Positions 54,581-63,584 of a stretch of DNA of 64,000 bases are shown here, piece after piece. A program made the translations under genes and the position numbers. The stretch is from Candidatus Kaiserbacteria bacterium (GTDB taxonomy: Bacteria; Patescibacteriota; Minisyncoccia; Phycocordibacterales; UBA2100): assembly GCA_016186695.1 (NCBI GenBank), contig JACPLC010000002.1:31335-95334 (forward strand). The letters run 5' to 3'. Positions within the stretch are counted from its first letter, which is position 1. The number at the start of each line of letters is the position of its first letter. Under the pieces are notes generated by a model. The model made no database searches, had not been told where the DNA came from, and saw only the letters and a list, made by a program, of their open reading frames with translations.

Positions 54581-55692
54581 AGGTTGGTAAGGGCATCTTT
54601 CAGTATTTTCGCGATGTATGCAACGTCTCGCTTCGTGAGACCGAGGTAGAAGGGGAGCGCCAGAGTCTTCCCGCTCACGTCTTCGGAAATCGGACATTCG
54701 CCTGCACGGTGTCCGCGAGAGCGGTAGAACTCGAAGAGATGGATGGAAGGCAGGTAGGGTTTCGCGTGGACGCCCCGCTTCTTGAGTGTCTCTATCAGCC
54801 TGTTGCGGTCCACGCGCTTGTCTTTAAGGGCGACAACGTACACGAACCACGTGTGTGTCGCGTTCTTTGCAGGAGTGGGAAGCTCGAGGAGATCGCTGAG
54901 CGGCGCAAGCGCTTCAGCATACGTGTGTGCAAGTTCTTTCCGCTTTCGAATGAGGAAGCGGATATTCTCAAGCTGGGCAAGGCCAAGCGCGGCACTCATC
55001 TCATCAAGCCGGTAATTGTAGCCGAGGTATTTGTGATCGAGCCACTGCATATTCGGTGCGCGTCCTTGGTTGCGCAGCGAGCGACAAAGTTCTGTGACAC
55101 GGTCATCGTCGGTCACGATCATGCCTCCTTCGCCGGTCGTCATCTGCTTGTTGGCGTAGAACGCAAACACTGCGGATTGCCCGAAGGTACCGGCCTTTTT
55201 CCCTTTGTACGTGGAAAGAAGCGACTCACAAGCGTCTTCGACAACGACGAGGTTGTGCTTGTTCGCAATCGCCAAGACCTCATCCATCTTCGCGGGCTGC
55301 CCAAAAATGTGCACCGGCATTATGGCGCGTGTTTTCGGCGTGATCTTCCTCTCGATATTTTTCGGGTCGATGTTGTAGCTCTTCGGATCAATATCGGCGA
55401 ATACGGGCGTTGCGCCCACATACAGAATGGCATTTGCCGATGCGACGAAGGAAAAGGGGGAGGTAATCACTTCGTCGCCGGGCTTTATGCCCGCGGCGAT
55501 AAGCGCGATGTGAAGGCCCGCCGTGCCGCTCGATACGGCAACGGCGTGTTTTGTACCGAGTGTTTTTGCGAACTTCTTTTCGAATTTCTCGATGAACGGC
55601 CCGATGGAGAGTCTGCCGGAGCGAAGCGCCTGCAATACGTAGCGCTCCTCCTTTTTCCCAATGTATGGCCGCGCCGTGGGGTAGAACTTCAT
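54577..55692 (-). CDS. DegT-family PLP-dependent sugar aminotransferase (LegC/PseC-like), second copy
   Basis: MKFYPTARPYIGKKEERYVLQALRSGRLSIGPFIEKFEKKFAKTLGTKHAVAVSSGTAGLHIAL..FSFVASAN... ATGA overlap with the dehydratase start. Confidence 0.8.
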   Translation of the reverse strand: MKFYPTARPYIGKKEERYVLQALRSGRLSIGPFIEKFEKKFAKTLGTKHAVAVSSGTAGLHIALIAAGIKPGDEVITSPFSFVASANAILYVGATPVFADIDPKSYNIDPKNIERKITPKTRAIMPVHIFGQPAKMDEVLAIANKHNLVVVEDACESLLSTYKGKKAGTFGQSAVFAFYANKQMTTGEGGMIVTDDDRVTELCRSLRNQGRAPNMQWLDHKYLGYNYRLDEMSAALGLAQLENIRFLIRKRKELAHTYAEALAPLSDLLELPTPAKNATHTWFVYVVALKDKRVDRNRLIETLKKRGVHAKPYLPSIHLFEFYRSRGHRAGECPISEDVSGKTLALPFYLGLTKRDVAYIAKILKDALTNL

Positions 55693-55699
55693 TGTTAAA

Positions 55700-56110
55700 T
55701 CATTTCTGTTCAAGTTTTTTAACAACTTTTGCAGGAACTCCAAAAGCGACGGTGAACGCCGGAATGTCACTCTTTACATAACTATGTGCGCCGATCAACG
55801 CGCCCTCGCCAATGGTGACACTGGGCATGATGCTGCAATGCGTACCGATCTTCGCCCCCTTACCGATGACGACGCGTCCATGGGTTCCGTCTATCGTGCT
55901 CACGCTGTAAATGGCGCAGTGAGAGCCTATCTGTACCTCATCGTGGATCTCTACGCCATACTGCGGTTGAATATATGTCCCATAACCGATATCGGTGCGT
56001 ACCCCAAGCTTCAATTTATCAATGTGTTTCGGATGCACCTGCCAGCCATACATGGTCGAGCCATCGGCTCGGATTTCCGGCGCTTCCCAGTGCTCAAATC
56101 GATCGCTCAT
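55700..56110 (-). CDS. Hexapeptide-repeat (LbH) sugar N-acetyltransferase (PglD/LegH/PseH-like)
   Basis: 136 aa; tandem hexapeptide repeats ..IGSHCAIYSVSTIDGTHGRVVIGKGAKIGTHCSIMPSVTIGEGALIGAHSYV.. Confidence 0.75.
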   Translation of the reverse strand: MSDRFEHWEAPEIRADGSTMYGWQVHPKHIDKLKLGVRTDIGYGTYIQPQYGVEIHDEVQIGSHCAIYSVSTIDGTHGRVVIGKGAKIGTHCSIMPSVTIGEGALIGAHSYVKSDIPAFTVAFGVPAKVVKKLEQK

Positions 56111-56125
56111 ACGGAAGGGAGTCTA

Positions 56126-57283
56126 TCAAACTCGGAAGCGTTTATCGAGAAGGTCGCGTTTCCGAAGCTGCCGTGCAAGGGTAGTGGCTATGCGTTTTCC
56201 GGCGCCGGCTTTTCCGTAGGGCGAGCGGAAGGGTCGTCCTTTTTGTTTTTTCTTTAGTGCGATCCCGCGAGAGATTGCGGCAGTGATTTTTACGGGGTCA
56301 TAGGGTGTGTCGATAATGCCTGCTCCGCGTTCACGGCCGCGCTCTCGGTTGCCGATATTCACTGTTGGCGTGCCAAGGTAACCCGTCTCGATAATGCCGG
56401 CGGAGGAATTGCCGACGAGCACGTCGCTTCCCGCAATTGCGCTCATAAAGAGGAGTCGCGGGAGTGATTTGAAGACGTGGTACCCTTTTTTCCTCAAATC
56501 GCGGATGGTGCGTACGAAAATAGCACTCCCCGTGTCCGTATTTGGATAGATGGCGACCTTTTCGTGGTGAGGAAATGCATTGAGTGCTTGTATGGTCGAG
56601 GAGAGCTGTTTTTGCAGTGGCTCTTTGTCGAAGGAGCTCGGATGCTGAAGTACCGTTAGCCATGGTCGATTCCGATCAAGCCGGAGGACTTTCGCCACCT
56701 CGGCTCGCGGAAAACGAGTGCTGCGGAGGACCATGTCCACGACGACGCTCCCGAGGGAAAAAATTCTGCGGCGTTCTTCTCCGAGGGCGCTTATGCGTGC
56801 GGCACTCTTTTTCGTTCCGGGGAAGTGGAGGTGGGCAAGTTTTGTTATTGCGTGGCGGATGCCCTCATCAACGCCGGGGCCCGTGACGTCGCCGCCATGA
56901 ATATGCGCAAGGGGAATATTCAAGTGATTTGCAACGATCGCCGCGGCAAGCGGCTCATCTCGATCTCCAAGCACGAGGATGCAGTCAGGGCGATGTTTAA
57001 GACAGTACGCCCGGATCCCCGCGATCTCTTTTGTAAGAGCCTCAAGCATGTCACTCTCCTCTCTGACAGGCACCACGCAGTCGATCTTGTAGCCGTCACG
57101 GACAATCTCTCTTTTTGTCAGCCCGTACGATTTTAGCGTGTGCATACCCGTCACGAGGAGACGGAGCACGAGAGCCGGATGAGCGGCAATGGCATCCATG
57201 GTTGAGCGCAAAAGACCGTATTCGGCACGTGTTCCTGTCACTACCAGTATGTTTTTTCGTTTGTTCATTCGATCATGTCCCAT
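56126..57283 (-). CDS. UDP-N-acetylglucosamine 2-epimerase, hydrolysing (NeuC/LegG-like)
   Basis: ..KNILVVTGTRAEYGLLRSTMDAIAAHPALVLRLLVTGMHT..; ..LAHIHGGDVTGPGVDEGIRHAITKLAHLHF.. The probable start MNKRKNIL at 57268 abuts the NeuB stop. Confidence 0.8.
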   Translation of the reverse strand: MGHDRMNKRKNILVVTGTRAEYGLLRSTMDAIAAHPALVLRLLVTGMHTLKSYGLTKREIVRDGYKIDCVVPVREESDMLEALTKEIAGIRAYCLKHRPDCILVLGDRDEPLAAAIVANHLNIPLAHIHGGDVTGPGVDEGIRHAITKLAHLHFPGTKKSAARISALGEERRRIFSLGSVVVDMVLRSTRFPRAEVAKVLRLDRNRPWLTVLQHPSSFDKEPLQKQLSSTIQALNAFPHHEKVAIYPNTDTGSAIFVRTIRDLRKKGYHVFKSLPRLLFMSAIAGSDVLVGNSSAGIIETGYLGTPTVNIGNRERGRERGAGIIDTPYDPVKITAAISRGIALKKKQKGRPFRSPYGKAGAGKRIATTLARQLRKRDLLDKRFRV

Positions 57284-58335
57284 GAAAGGCTGCTACCCTG
57301 CAGGATACCCACCTTTGCGTGTTTGCCGAGTACATTGTTCCATTCTTTTGGCAAAAGCAAGCCTTCGGGCCGTGCGATGAAAATGTTTGCGTCACTGAGT
57401 GTTTCGCCTTTCCTGATGTCTCTTCGTGCTGCGATGCCTTTTCGTACGAGCCGCTTCGTGGCGAGTTCGTCAGCCGTTGGCTCCTTTTTGGCATTTCCCA
57501 GTATTTCTTCGGGAACGGTGAGCGAGCTGGGGATGGTTTCGCGTACGCGTCTTATAAGCTTAGTGAGTTCAGCGGGCTCGAGTGAGGCATTATGGTCGGG
57601 GCCGGGAAGCGTCTTATCCATCGTGAAGTGCTTCTCGATGAGCACGGCACCGAGCGAGACGGCATAGATGCTCGCGTCCACGCCCTCGGTATGGTCGGAA
57701 AAGCCGACGGGCACGTTGAATGTATCGCGCAACGTTTCAATAGCACGGAGGTTGGCATGCGCCGGTGGACACGGGTACTCCGACGTGCACTGCAGAAGGA
57801 CTACCTCTTTTTTTACCGGGATCGACGCGAGCGTTTCGCGTATTTCCTCGAGCGTTGCCATTCCCGTGGAGAGCAGGATGGGCTTCCCAAATCCGGCGAT
57901 ATGTTCGAGAAGGGGGATGTTGGTGAGGTCGCCCGAGGAGATTTTGTATGCAGGGAGGTCGAGCGAGTGTAAAAAATCGGCATCGGGAATGCTGAAAGGT
58001 GTTGCGAGGAATTCGATGCCTCTTTCGTCGGCATATGCTTTCAGCGTCCTGAACTCGTCGTGCGAAAGCGCGAGCTTGCGAAGCATTGCAGCCTGCGACT
58101 CGGAGATACCCGTATTCTTTGCCTGATAGGCGGCCTGCGGAGCTTCTTCGGTAATGATCTCGTCGACGGTGAACGCCTGAAACTTTACCGCATCCGCACC
58201 GGCCTCCCGTGCGGCATCGATCAACAGCTTGCCGAGCTCGACGTCGCCGTTGTGATTCACGCCCGCTTCGGCGATAACGTATGGGCTGCCCGGTTCGAGC
58301 GCGCGTTGCCCAATTCGCATACTCAAAGAGTCCAA
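57265..58335 (-). CDS. Nonulosonic acid synthase (NeuB/LegI family), second copy
   Basis: ..PYVIAEAGVNHNGDVELGKLLIDAAREAGADAVKFQAF.. and ..GFSDHTEG... C-terminal SAF-like domain. Confidence 0.85.
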   Translation of the reverse strand: MDSLSMRIGQRALEPGSPYVIAEAGVNHNGDVELGKLLIDAAREAGADAVKFQAFTVDEIITEEAPQAAYQAKNTGISESQAAMLRKLALSHDEFRTLKAYADERGIEFLATPFSIPDADFLHSLDLPAYKISSGDLTNIPLLEHIAGFGKPILLSTGMATLEEIRETLASIPVKKEVVLLQCTSEYPCPPAHANLRAIETLRDTFNVPVGFSDHTEGVDASIYAVSLGAVLIEKHFTMDKTLPGPDHNASLEPAELTKLIRRVRETIPSSLTVPEEILGNAKKEPTADELATKRLVRKGIAARRDIRKGETLSDANIFIARPEGLLLPKEWNNVLGKHAKVGILQGSSLSWDMIE

Positions 58336-59069
58336 CCGCCGTCGACGACGATGTTCTGGCCCGTTATGTGTTTCGCGGTGTCGGAGAGAAGGAACACGAC
58401 GGCTCCTGATACGTCGCTTGGCTTGAGCAGTCCGTTGCCAATGGCGAGGTGCTGTGAATATTTCTCCACGAACGCCGCTGGTTGTCCGTCGGCAACCCCG
58501 CCCGGAGATACGGCATTGAAGCGGACATTACGACTGCCGTACATTCGCGCGAAATAGCGTGCAAGTGCGATGACGGCGGCTTTTGCGGCGGCATACTCGG
58601 GGGGGACCCCGATCATTTTCGTGTTCTCGTAAAGTTCCGCGCGCGGCGCAGCAAGTCCATAGATGGAGCCGAGAAATACGATGGAGCCGGCCTTCATCCG
58701 TGGCGCGAAATATTTTGCGGTGCTCATACAGCCGCCGACGTGCATGTCGAGATTTTGGAGCATGTCCTCGACGGTCCCGTCTTCGAATTTCGCGCCAAAC
58801 GTTTTTGTTTTTGGATATGCTGCGTTCACGACGCCGTCTACGGAGCCGACCCGCTTCACGAGCTCTTCTACCGACGAGGGGGAGGTGATGTCGACATGCT
58901 CGAAACGTGCCGACAACGTGTCGGCAAGCGCGCCTCCTCTCTTTTTATCCACATCTGCAATGACGACCGAGGCGTTCTCTGCGGCGCATGCGCGGGCGAA
59001 TTCGCTTCCGAGGAGCCCGGCGCCGATGATGACGATCGTTTTTCCTTCGAGGAGAGCCATGGTGGACAC
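58323..59069 (-). CDS. Short-chain dehydrogenase/reductase (SDR)
   Basis: GKTIVIIGAGLLGSEF (Rossmann TGxxxGxG-like), ..YAAAKAAVIALARY.. (YxxxK). Confidence 0.75.
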   Translation of the reverse strand: MSTMALLEGKTIVIIGAGLLGSEFARACAAENASVVIADVDKKRGGALADTLSARFEHVDITSPSSVEELVKRVGSVDGVVNAAYPKTKTFGAKFEDGTVEDMLQNLDMHVGGCMSTAKYFAPRMKAGSIVFLGSIYGLAAPRAELYENTKMIGVPPEYAAAKAAVIALARYFARMYGSRNVRFNAVSPGGVADGQPAAFVEKYSQHLAIGNGLLKPSDVSGAVVFLLSDTAKHITGQNIVVDGGWTL

Positions 59070-59080
59070 GATAGTATACT

Positions 59081-59809
59081 TTAGGAGAAACCGCGAATTC
59101 GCTTCTCCACCTCTTTGCGATTCCCGAAAATAACCTCTCCAACGACAAAATCCTCCGGCTCGTCGAGATCGATCGCGCGCCAGCGCGGGATCTCGTAGCC
59201 CACGAGTTTTCCGGGGAAGAATGTTTTTTCAGCGATAAGCTTTTTGGCGTCGACAAGGTAGAGCATAGAGCCGTCGAACCGGAAGTATGCGGGAAGCTGC
59301 TGCCTGTTGGGCGAGGTGAGCATCTCGGGATTCTCGAAGTGAATAACATTGCCTTTGTCTTTCGTCATCAGCACGTTCTCACTCCGGCATACGGAGACGA
59401 GTGAGTCCGCCCGCGAATCGTTAAACAATCTCACTGCACTCTCGATATCCTCCGACGTCCGCAATGGGCTCGTTGGCTGCAGCAAGAGGATGTGTGTCGG
59501 TTCATATCCATCTTTTCGTAATTGTTCAAGGAGATGAATAACAGCATCGACAACTGTGCTCGCATCCGTAGCAAGTTCCGCGGGACGCAGGAATGGAACT
59601 TCGGCTCCATATTTTTGGGCTATCCCCGCTATTTCTTGGGAATCAGTAGAAACTACGATCCGATCAAGCGAAGGGGCAGCTTTCGCAACTTCGATCGTGT
59701 ACGCGATGAGTGGTTTACCGGCGAACATCCGGATGTTTTTGTTCGGAATACCGCGGGAACCGGCACGTGCAGGAATTATTGCAAGTATGTTCGCGTCTTT
59801 TCGGGCCAT
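59081..59809 (-). CDS. CMP-nonulosonic acid synthetase (NeuA/LegF acylneuraminate cytidylyltransferase family)
   Basis: ..ILAIIPARAGSRGIPNKNIRMFAGKPLIAYTIE.. (cf. NeuA aiIpARgGSKgi.gKNi). Start MARKDAN at 59809 (the maximal ORF reaches 59881). Confidence 0.8.
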   Translation of the reverse strand: MARKDANILAIIPARAGSRGIPNKNIRMFAGKPLIAYTIEVAKAAPSLDRIVVSTDSQEIAGIAQKYGAEVPFLRPAELATDASTVVDAVIHLLEQLRKDGYEPTHILLLQPTSPLRTSEDIESAVRLFNDSRADSLVSVCRSENVLMTKDKGNVIHFENPEMLTSPNRQQLPAYFRFDGSMLYLVDAKKLIAEKTFFPGKLVGYEIPRWRAIDLDEPEDFVVGEVIFGNRKEVEKRIRGFS

Positions 59810-59840
59810 TGTGTTCCATTGTATAGTGGCATCTATCACT

Positions 59841-61346
59841 ATGAAAGGCTGCCTCGTTCTCCAACGGCGCTTCGCATACATCGGACATGAACTGGGGAAG
59901 CTCTTGAAAGAAAGACATGGGATCGACGAGTTTTGTGCATTTGTATCGCTGCGGGAGAGTTACGAATTCCTGAAAAATCAGAAAGACATTCGCTATACGG
60001 ATATTTTGCTCGACGAGGATGTACAGAAGCGATACGTAGATGAACCGCTCGATATGGAGTACATCCGGAAGTTCGAGAGCACCTACGGCAATGTCCGCGA
60101 CATGATAAAAGTGGATCGTGTCATTGCGCTCGGGCAATTAGTGCGAGAGTACCCGCATGCACGCTCCCCATACACTGAAGGTGAGCGTCTACGGATCGCT
60201 CAGGTATATGCGAAAAGTGTCGAGGCGTTTCTCGCGAAAGAAAGGCCCGATTTTATTCTCACCTACCAGCCCGGTGCACTCTGGATGCTGATGATGTACA
60301 AAATAGCGAAGCAGAAAGGCATCCCTGTGCTTACGATCGTCCTGCCAACCACGAAGAATCGTGTCGCGCTCTCCGAAGAGTACGGATCTCTCTCGTGGGT
60401 GGATGAGTGCTTCAAGCGGGATCTTGCCAAACCGCTTTCCGATGTGGAAGGGTACGAGGAAGCTCGGAAATTTATCGAGGAATTCCGCACGCGCCCTGTT
60501 GTATATTCTGATGTGTACACGAAACTCATCCAGCACGGCACATTGAAGCAATTCCGGTTCCTCGTGCCTCTCAATATGCTTTCTACACTGCGCTCTATCT
60601 TCTTTCTACTCTACAATTGGCTCCGGTCTTCTGCGCTTCGTACAGACTACAACGCACTCAAGCCTCATTGGTACCTATATGACCGTGTACGAAGAAAGTT
60701 GCGCAATCTTGTCGGCGTGAACGATCTCTATGACCCCTATGACTCAAAAAAATCGTTTGCGTTTTACGCGCTCCATTTCGAACCAGAGTTGTCTGTGCTT
60801 TTGCTCTCAGAGGAAACCGATCAGCGGGTCATAATTGCCAAGCTCGCGGCTGCTCTTCCCGAAGAGATGCTTCTCTACGTGAAGGAACATCCGCAGATGA
60901 CCCCCTATCGCACGCGTGCCTATTATAAGCAGCTAAAAAAAATACCGAATGTGCGGCTCGTTCGGCCCGAGCTTTCAAGCTTCGATATCATGCGCTCTGC
61001 TCGTCTCGTCTCAACAATCACCGGCGCTGCGGGCTGGGAAGCCGCACTTTTGGGTCGACCGGTGCTCACCTTCGGCAATGTTTTCTACAATGCGCTTCCC
61101 TCAGTGGGGCACGTTACGGATATGAGCGAGTTACCCCGTGTGGTGCGGCAAACGCTCGAAAGACCCGTTCCCCGTGAAGAAGCGGAGCGGTATCTTGCAG
61201 CGCTTCTTAGAGAGAGTGCCGAGTGTGACATCCTTTCGGTCTGGGAATCGGAAATCGGAAGCCCGGATGCATCTGAAAAGCTCGCCGGCTTTGCAACTCT
61301 TCTTGCCCGCAAGATCAAACTCGTGACGACTCGTGATAGAAGGTAA
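59841..61346 (+). CDS. Capsule-polysaccharide-biosynthesis-type protein (KpsS/KpsC-like), paralog of 43006-44436
   Basis: ..EEMLLYVKEHPQMTPYRTRAYYKQLKKIPNVRLVRPELSSFDIMRSARLVSTITGAAGWEAALLGRPVLTFGNVFY.. Start MKGCLVLQRR (ATG 59841). The N-terminal 285-nt extension of the ORF overlaps the divergent cytidylyltransferase and was discarded. Confidence 0.4.
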   Translation: MKGCLVLQRRFAYIGHELGKLLKERHGIDEFCAFVSLRESYEFLKNQKDIRYTDILLDEDVQKRYVDEPLDMEYIRKFESTYGNVRDMIKVDRVIALGQLVREYPHARSPYTEGERLRIAQVYAKSVEAFLAKERPDFILTYQPGALWMLMMYKIAKQKGIPVLTIVLPTTKNRVALSEEYGSLSWVDECFKRDLAKPLSDVEGYEEARKFIEEFRTRPVVYSDVYTKLIQHGTLKQFRFLVPLNMLSTLRSIFFLLYNWLRSSALRTDYNALKPHWYLYDRVRRKLRNLVGVNDLYDPYDSKKSFAFYALHFEPELSVLLLSEETDQRVIIAKLAAALPEEMLLYVKEHPQMTPYRTRAYYKQLKKIPNVRLVRPELSSFDIMRSARLVSTITGAAGWEAALLGRPVLTFGNVFYNALPSVGHVTDMSELPRVVRQTLERPVPREEAERYLAALLRESAECDILSVWESEIGSPDASEKLAGFATLLARKIKLVTTRDRR

Positions 61347-61356
61347 TCCAATATAG

Positions 61357-62388
61357 TCAAAGCGACTTTTGAATGCGCTCGTAATCTGCCTTTGCCATCA
61401 TACGCACTAATTCTTTGAAGGTTACGTTCGGTTTCCATCCCAATCTTTTCTTTGCTTTTGCCGGATCTCCACGAAGCGAGTTGACCTCCCGCGGTCGGTA
61501 GAATTTCTTATCGACGGTGACTATCGTGTTGCCGGCAGCGTCGACACCGACCTCTTTCACTCCGGTGCCTTTCCACGTGATCTTCATATCGAAGGCGCGA
61601 ATAGTCTCTTCGACGAATTCGCGCACGGAATGAGCGACGCCTGTCGCGATCACACAGTCTTCCGGTTTCTCCCGCTGCAGCATGCGATGCATGGCCCGCA
61701 CGTAGTCGCCCGCAAAACCCCAGTCGCGTTTCGCATCGAGGTTGCCGAGCGCGAAGCTTTTTTGCAGGCCCAATTTGATTTTCGCAAGGGAAATCGATAT
61801 TTTGCGGGTGACGAAATGTTCTCCCCGGCGCGGCGATTCGTGATTGAAAAGGATACCGGAACAGATAAAAAGGCCGTGCCGCTCTCGGTATCCAACGACG
61901 AAATCTTCGTGCGCTTTTACTTTCGACTCGCCGTAGGGGGATACCGGACGAAACGGCGAGCGCTCATTCTGCGGTGGTTTTGTCGTGCCGAACATCTCGC
62001 TCGTGGACGCCTGATAGACTCGCGCTTTGGGGCAGATGTGCTGCACTTCATTGATCAATCGTCCGAGGCCGAAGTAGTTGATCTCGAACGTCTCCTCGGG
62101 GCATTTGAATGATATTCCTACGTCGGATTGCGCGGCGAGGTTGTAAATTTCGTCCGGCTGTGCTTCGGCGAGCGCACGCCCGATTGAGGCGCTGTCACGG
62201 AGGTTCCCGTATACGAGATGAACACGCGGATCCGGTGCGATTCCCTGCAAGCGCATAAGGGGATCGAGGCTCGTGCGTCGCACTAGTCCCCAGACCTCGT
62301 AGCGTAAGGTGAGGAGGTATTCCGCGAGGTACGAACCGTCCTGCCCCGTGATGCCTGTAATCAGGGCGCGCTTCTTCTTCTTCGCCAT
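61357..62388 (-). CDS. gmd: GDP-mannose 4,6-dehydratase
   Basis: MAKKKKRALITGITGQDGSYLAEYLL (classic Gmd N-terminus), ..YQASTSEMFG.., ..PYGESKVKAH.. Start at 62388 (the maximal ORF reaches 62451). Confidence 0.9.
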   Translation of the reverse strand: MAKKKKRALITGITGQDGSYLAEYLLTLRYEVWGLVRRTSLDPLMRLQGIAPDPRVHLVYGNLRDSASIGRALAEAQPDEIYNLAAQSDVGISFKCPEETFEINYFGLGRLINEVQHICPKARVYQASTSEMFGTTKPPQNERSPFRPVSPYGESKVKAHEDFVVGYRERHGLFICSGILFNHESPRRGEHFVTRKISISLAKIKLGLQKSFALGNLDAKRDWGFAGDYVRAMHRMLQREKPEDCVIATGVAHSVREFVEETIRAFDMKITWKGTGVKEVGVDAAGNTIVTVDKKFYRPREVNSLRGDPAKAKKRLGWKPNVTFKELVRMMAKADYERIQKSL

Positions 62389-62411
62389 GTCGCGCGATTC
62401 TAGCTCGACCT

Positions 62412-63584
62412 TCAGCCCTTCGCAATGAGCTGTTGATAGAAATTCAGCCATTTCAACGTGCCCGCATCGCTCTCCATTTCAGCGCGCGTCCTCACTCCGC
62501 CATCAATGATGCGCGTACGCAGTTTCTCGTCGAGAGCGAGCTGCACGATGCACTCGGCAAGCCTCTCGGGATCGTCCGGTGGTACGAGGAGTACGTTCTC
62601 CTCATGCACGAGGTAGTCCGTCAGTGCCTCCACGCGCGAGGCGATGACCGGCTTTCCGGTCTCGAAAGCCTCAAGGGGAACGAGCCCGAACCCCTCGTAG
62701 CGCGAGGGAACGACGACCAGCGAGGCGCGCTCAAATGCGCTCTGAAGTTCCGCATTCGATGCCTGCCCGAGAAACTGAATGCGGTCGCGTACCCCGAGTG
62801 TATCGACGAGTTTTGCAAATGCGTCCGGTTCTGTTGCAGCAGACGAGCTGACGAAAACAAACTTCGGCACGGTTTCGCGAGGAGTGAGCGCAATAGCGCG
62901 CAACAGTACATCCCATCCCTTCCGCTCCTTCATCTGGCCGACGAAAAGCCCGAATGGTTCTTCGGGGAGCGGGCGACTCCCGCGGTCGCGCACCTCCGAA
63001 GCTCTCTGGCGTGCGTCGTCGACGATGAGCGGAATGTAGTGCACATTGCGCGCACCGAGTCTTTTGGCGATTGGTACGTTGTGTTTCGAGTAAAAAACCG
63101 CTGTATCAGCGTGGGTAAACGCGAAATGGAAAAGGTAGCTGCGGATACCCTGCCACGGGTGGCGCGCGACCCGCTCATAGTGGACTGGTTTTCCGAGCGG
63201 ATCGTCTCGGTCATCGACGAGGTAGTGATCGTGTAAGAGGCCGGCTTCGGAAAAGACGAGCGCGATGCGGAAGATTTTTGAAAGAAGCGCCGCGAGCGCA
63301 CCGACGCGATTGTTGCGAAGCATGTGCACGTGGATGATGTCGGGCCGCTCAAAGAGGAGCAGCTGTAGGAGACGGAGTGTGCCGCGTAGCGTCGCGCCGT
63401 ATCGGTATACGTCTATGCCGTGCGTCGTTTCGTATAGCGATTCTCCATCTTCCCGTCTCGTGAGTCCGCGCACATGCCAGTCGTGCTTCGCAAGCAGCCG
63501 CGAGAGCGTGAATTCGGGAAAGTTGATGAGACGGTCATTGAAGCCGTAGGGTACGACAACGAGGATACTCGGTTTCTTGGTCAT
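62412..63584 (-). CDS. Glycosyltransferase family 4
   Basis: ..FGLFVGQMKERKGWDVLLRAI.. and ..VVPSRYEGFGLVPLEAFETGKPVIASRVEALTDYL.. Confidence 0.75.
   Translation of the reverse strand: MTKKPSILVVVPYGFNDRLINFPEFTLSRLLAKHDWHVRGLTRREDGESLYETTHGIDVYRYGATLRGTLRLLQLLLFERPDIIHVHMLRNNRVGALAALLSKIFRIALVFSEAGLLHDHYLVDDRDDPLGKPVHYERVARHPWQGIRSYLFHFAFTHADTAVFYSKHNVPIAKRLGARNVHYIPLIVDDARQRASEVRDRGSRPLPEEPFGLFVGQMKERKGWDVLLRAIALTPRETVPKFVFVSSSAATEPDAFAKLVDTLGVRDRIQFLGQASNAELQSAFERASLVVVPSRYEGFGLVPLEAFETGKPVIASRVEALTDYLVHEENVLLVPPDDPERLAECIVQLALDEKLRTRIIDGGVRTRAEMESDAGTLKWLNFYQQLIAKG

Noticed and set aside
59556-59840. N-terminal 95-codon extension of the KpsS-like ORF (GTG start at 59556)
   Set aside because: The extension overlaps the divergently transcribed CMP-NulO synthetase gene for ~250 bp and encodes a low-complexity peptide. 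The internal ATG at 59841 gives a protein length (501 aa) matching its paralog (476 aa).
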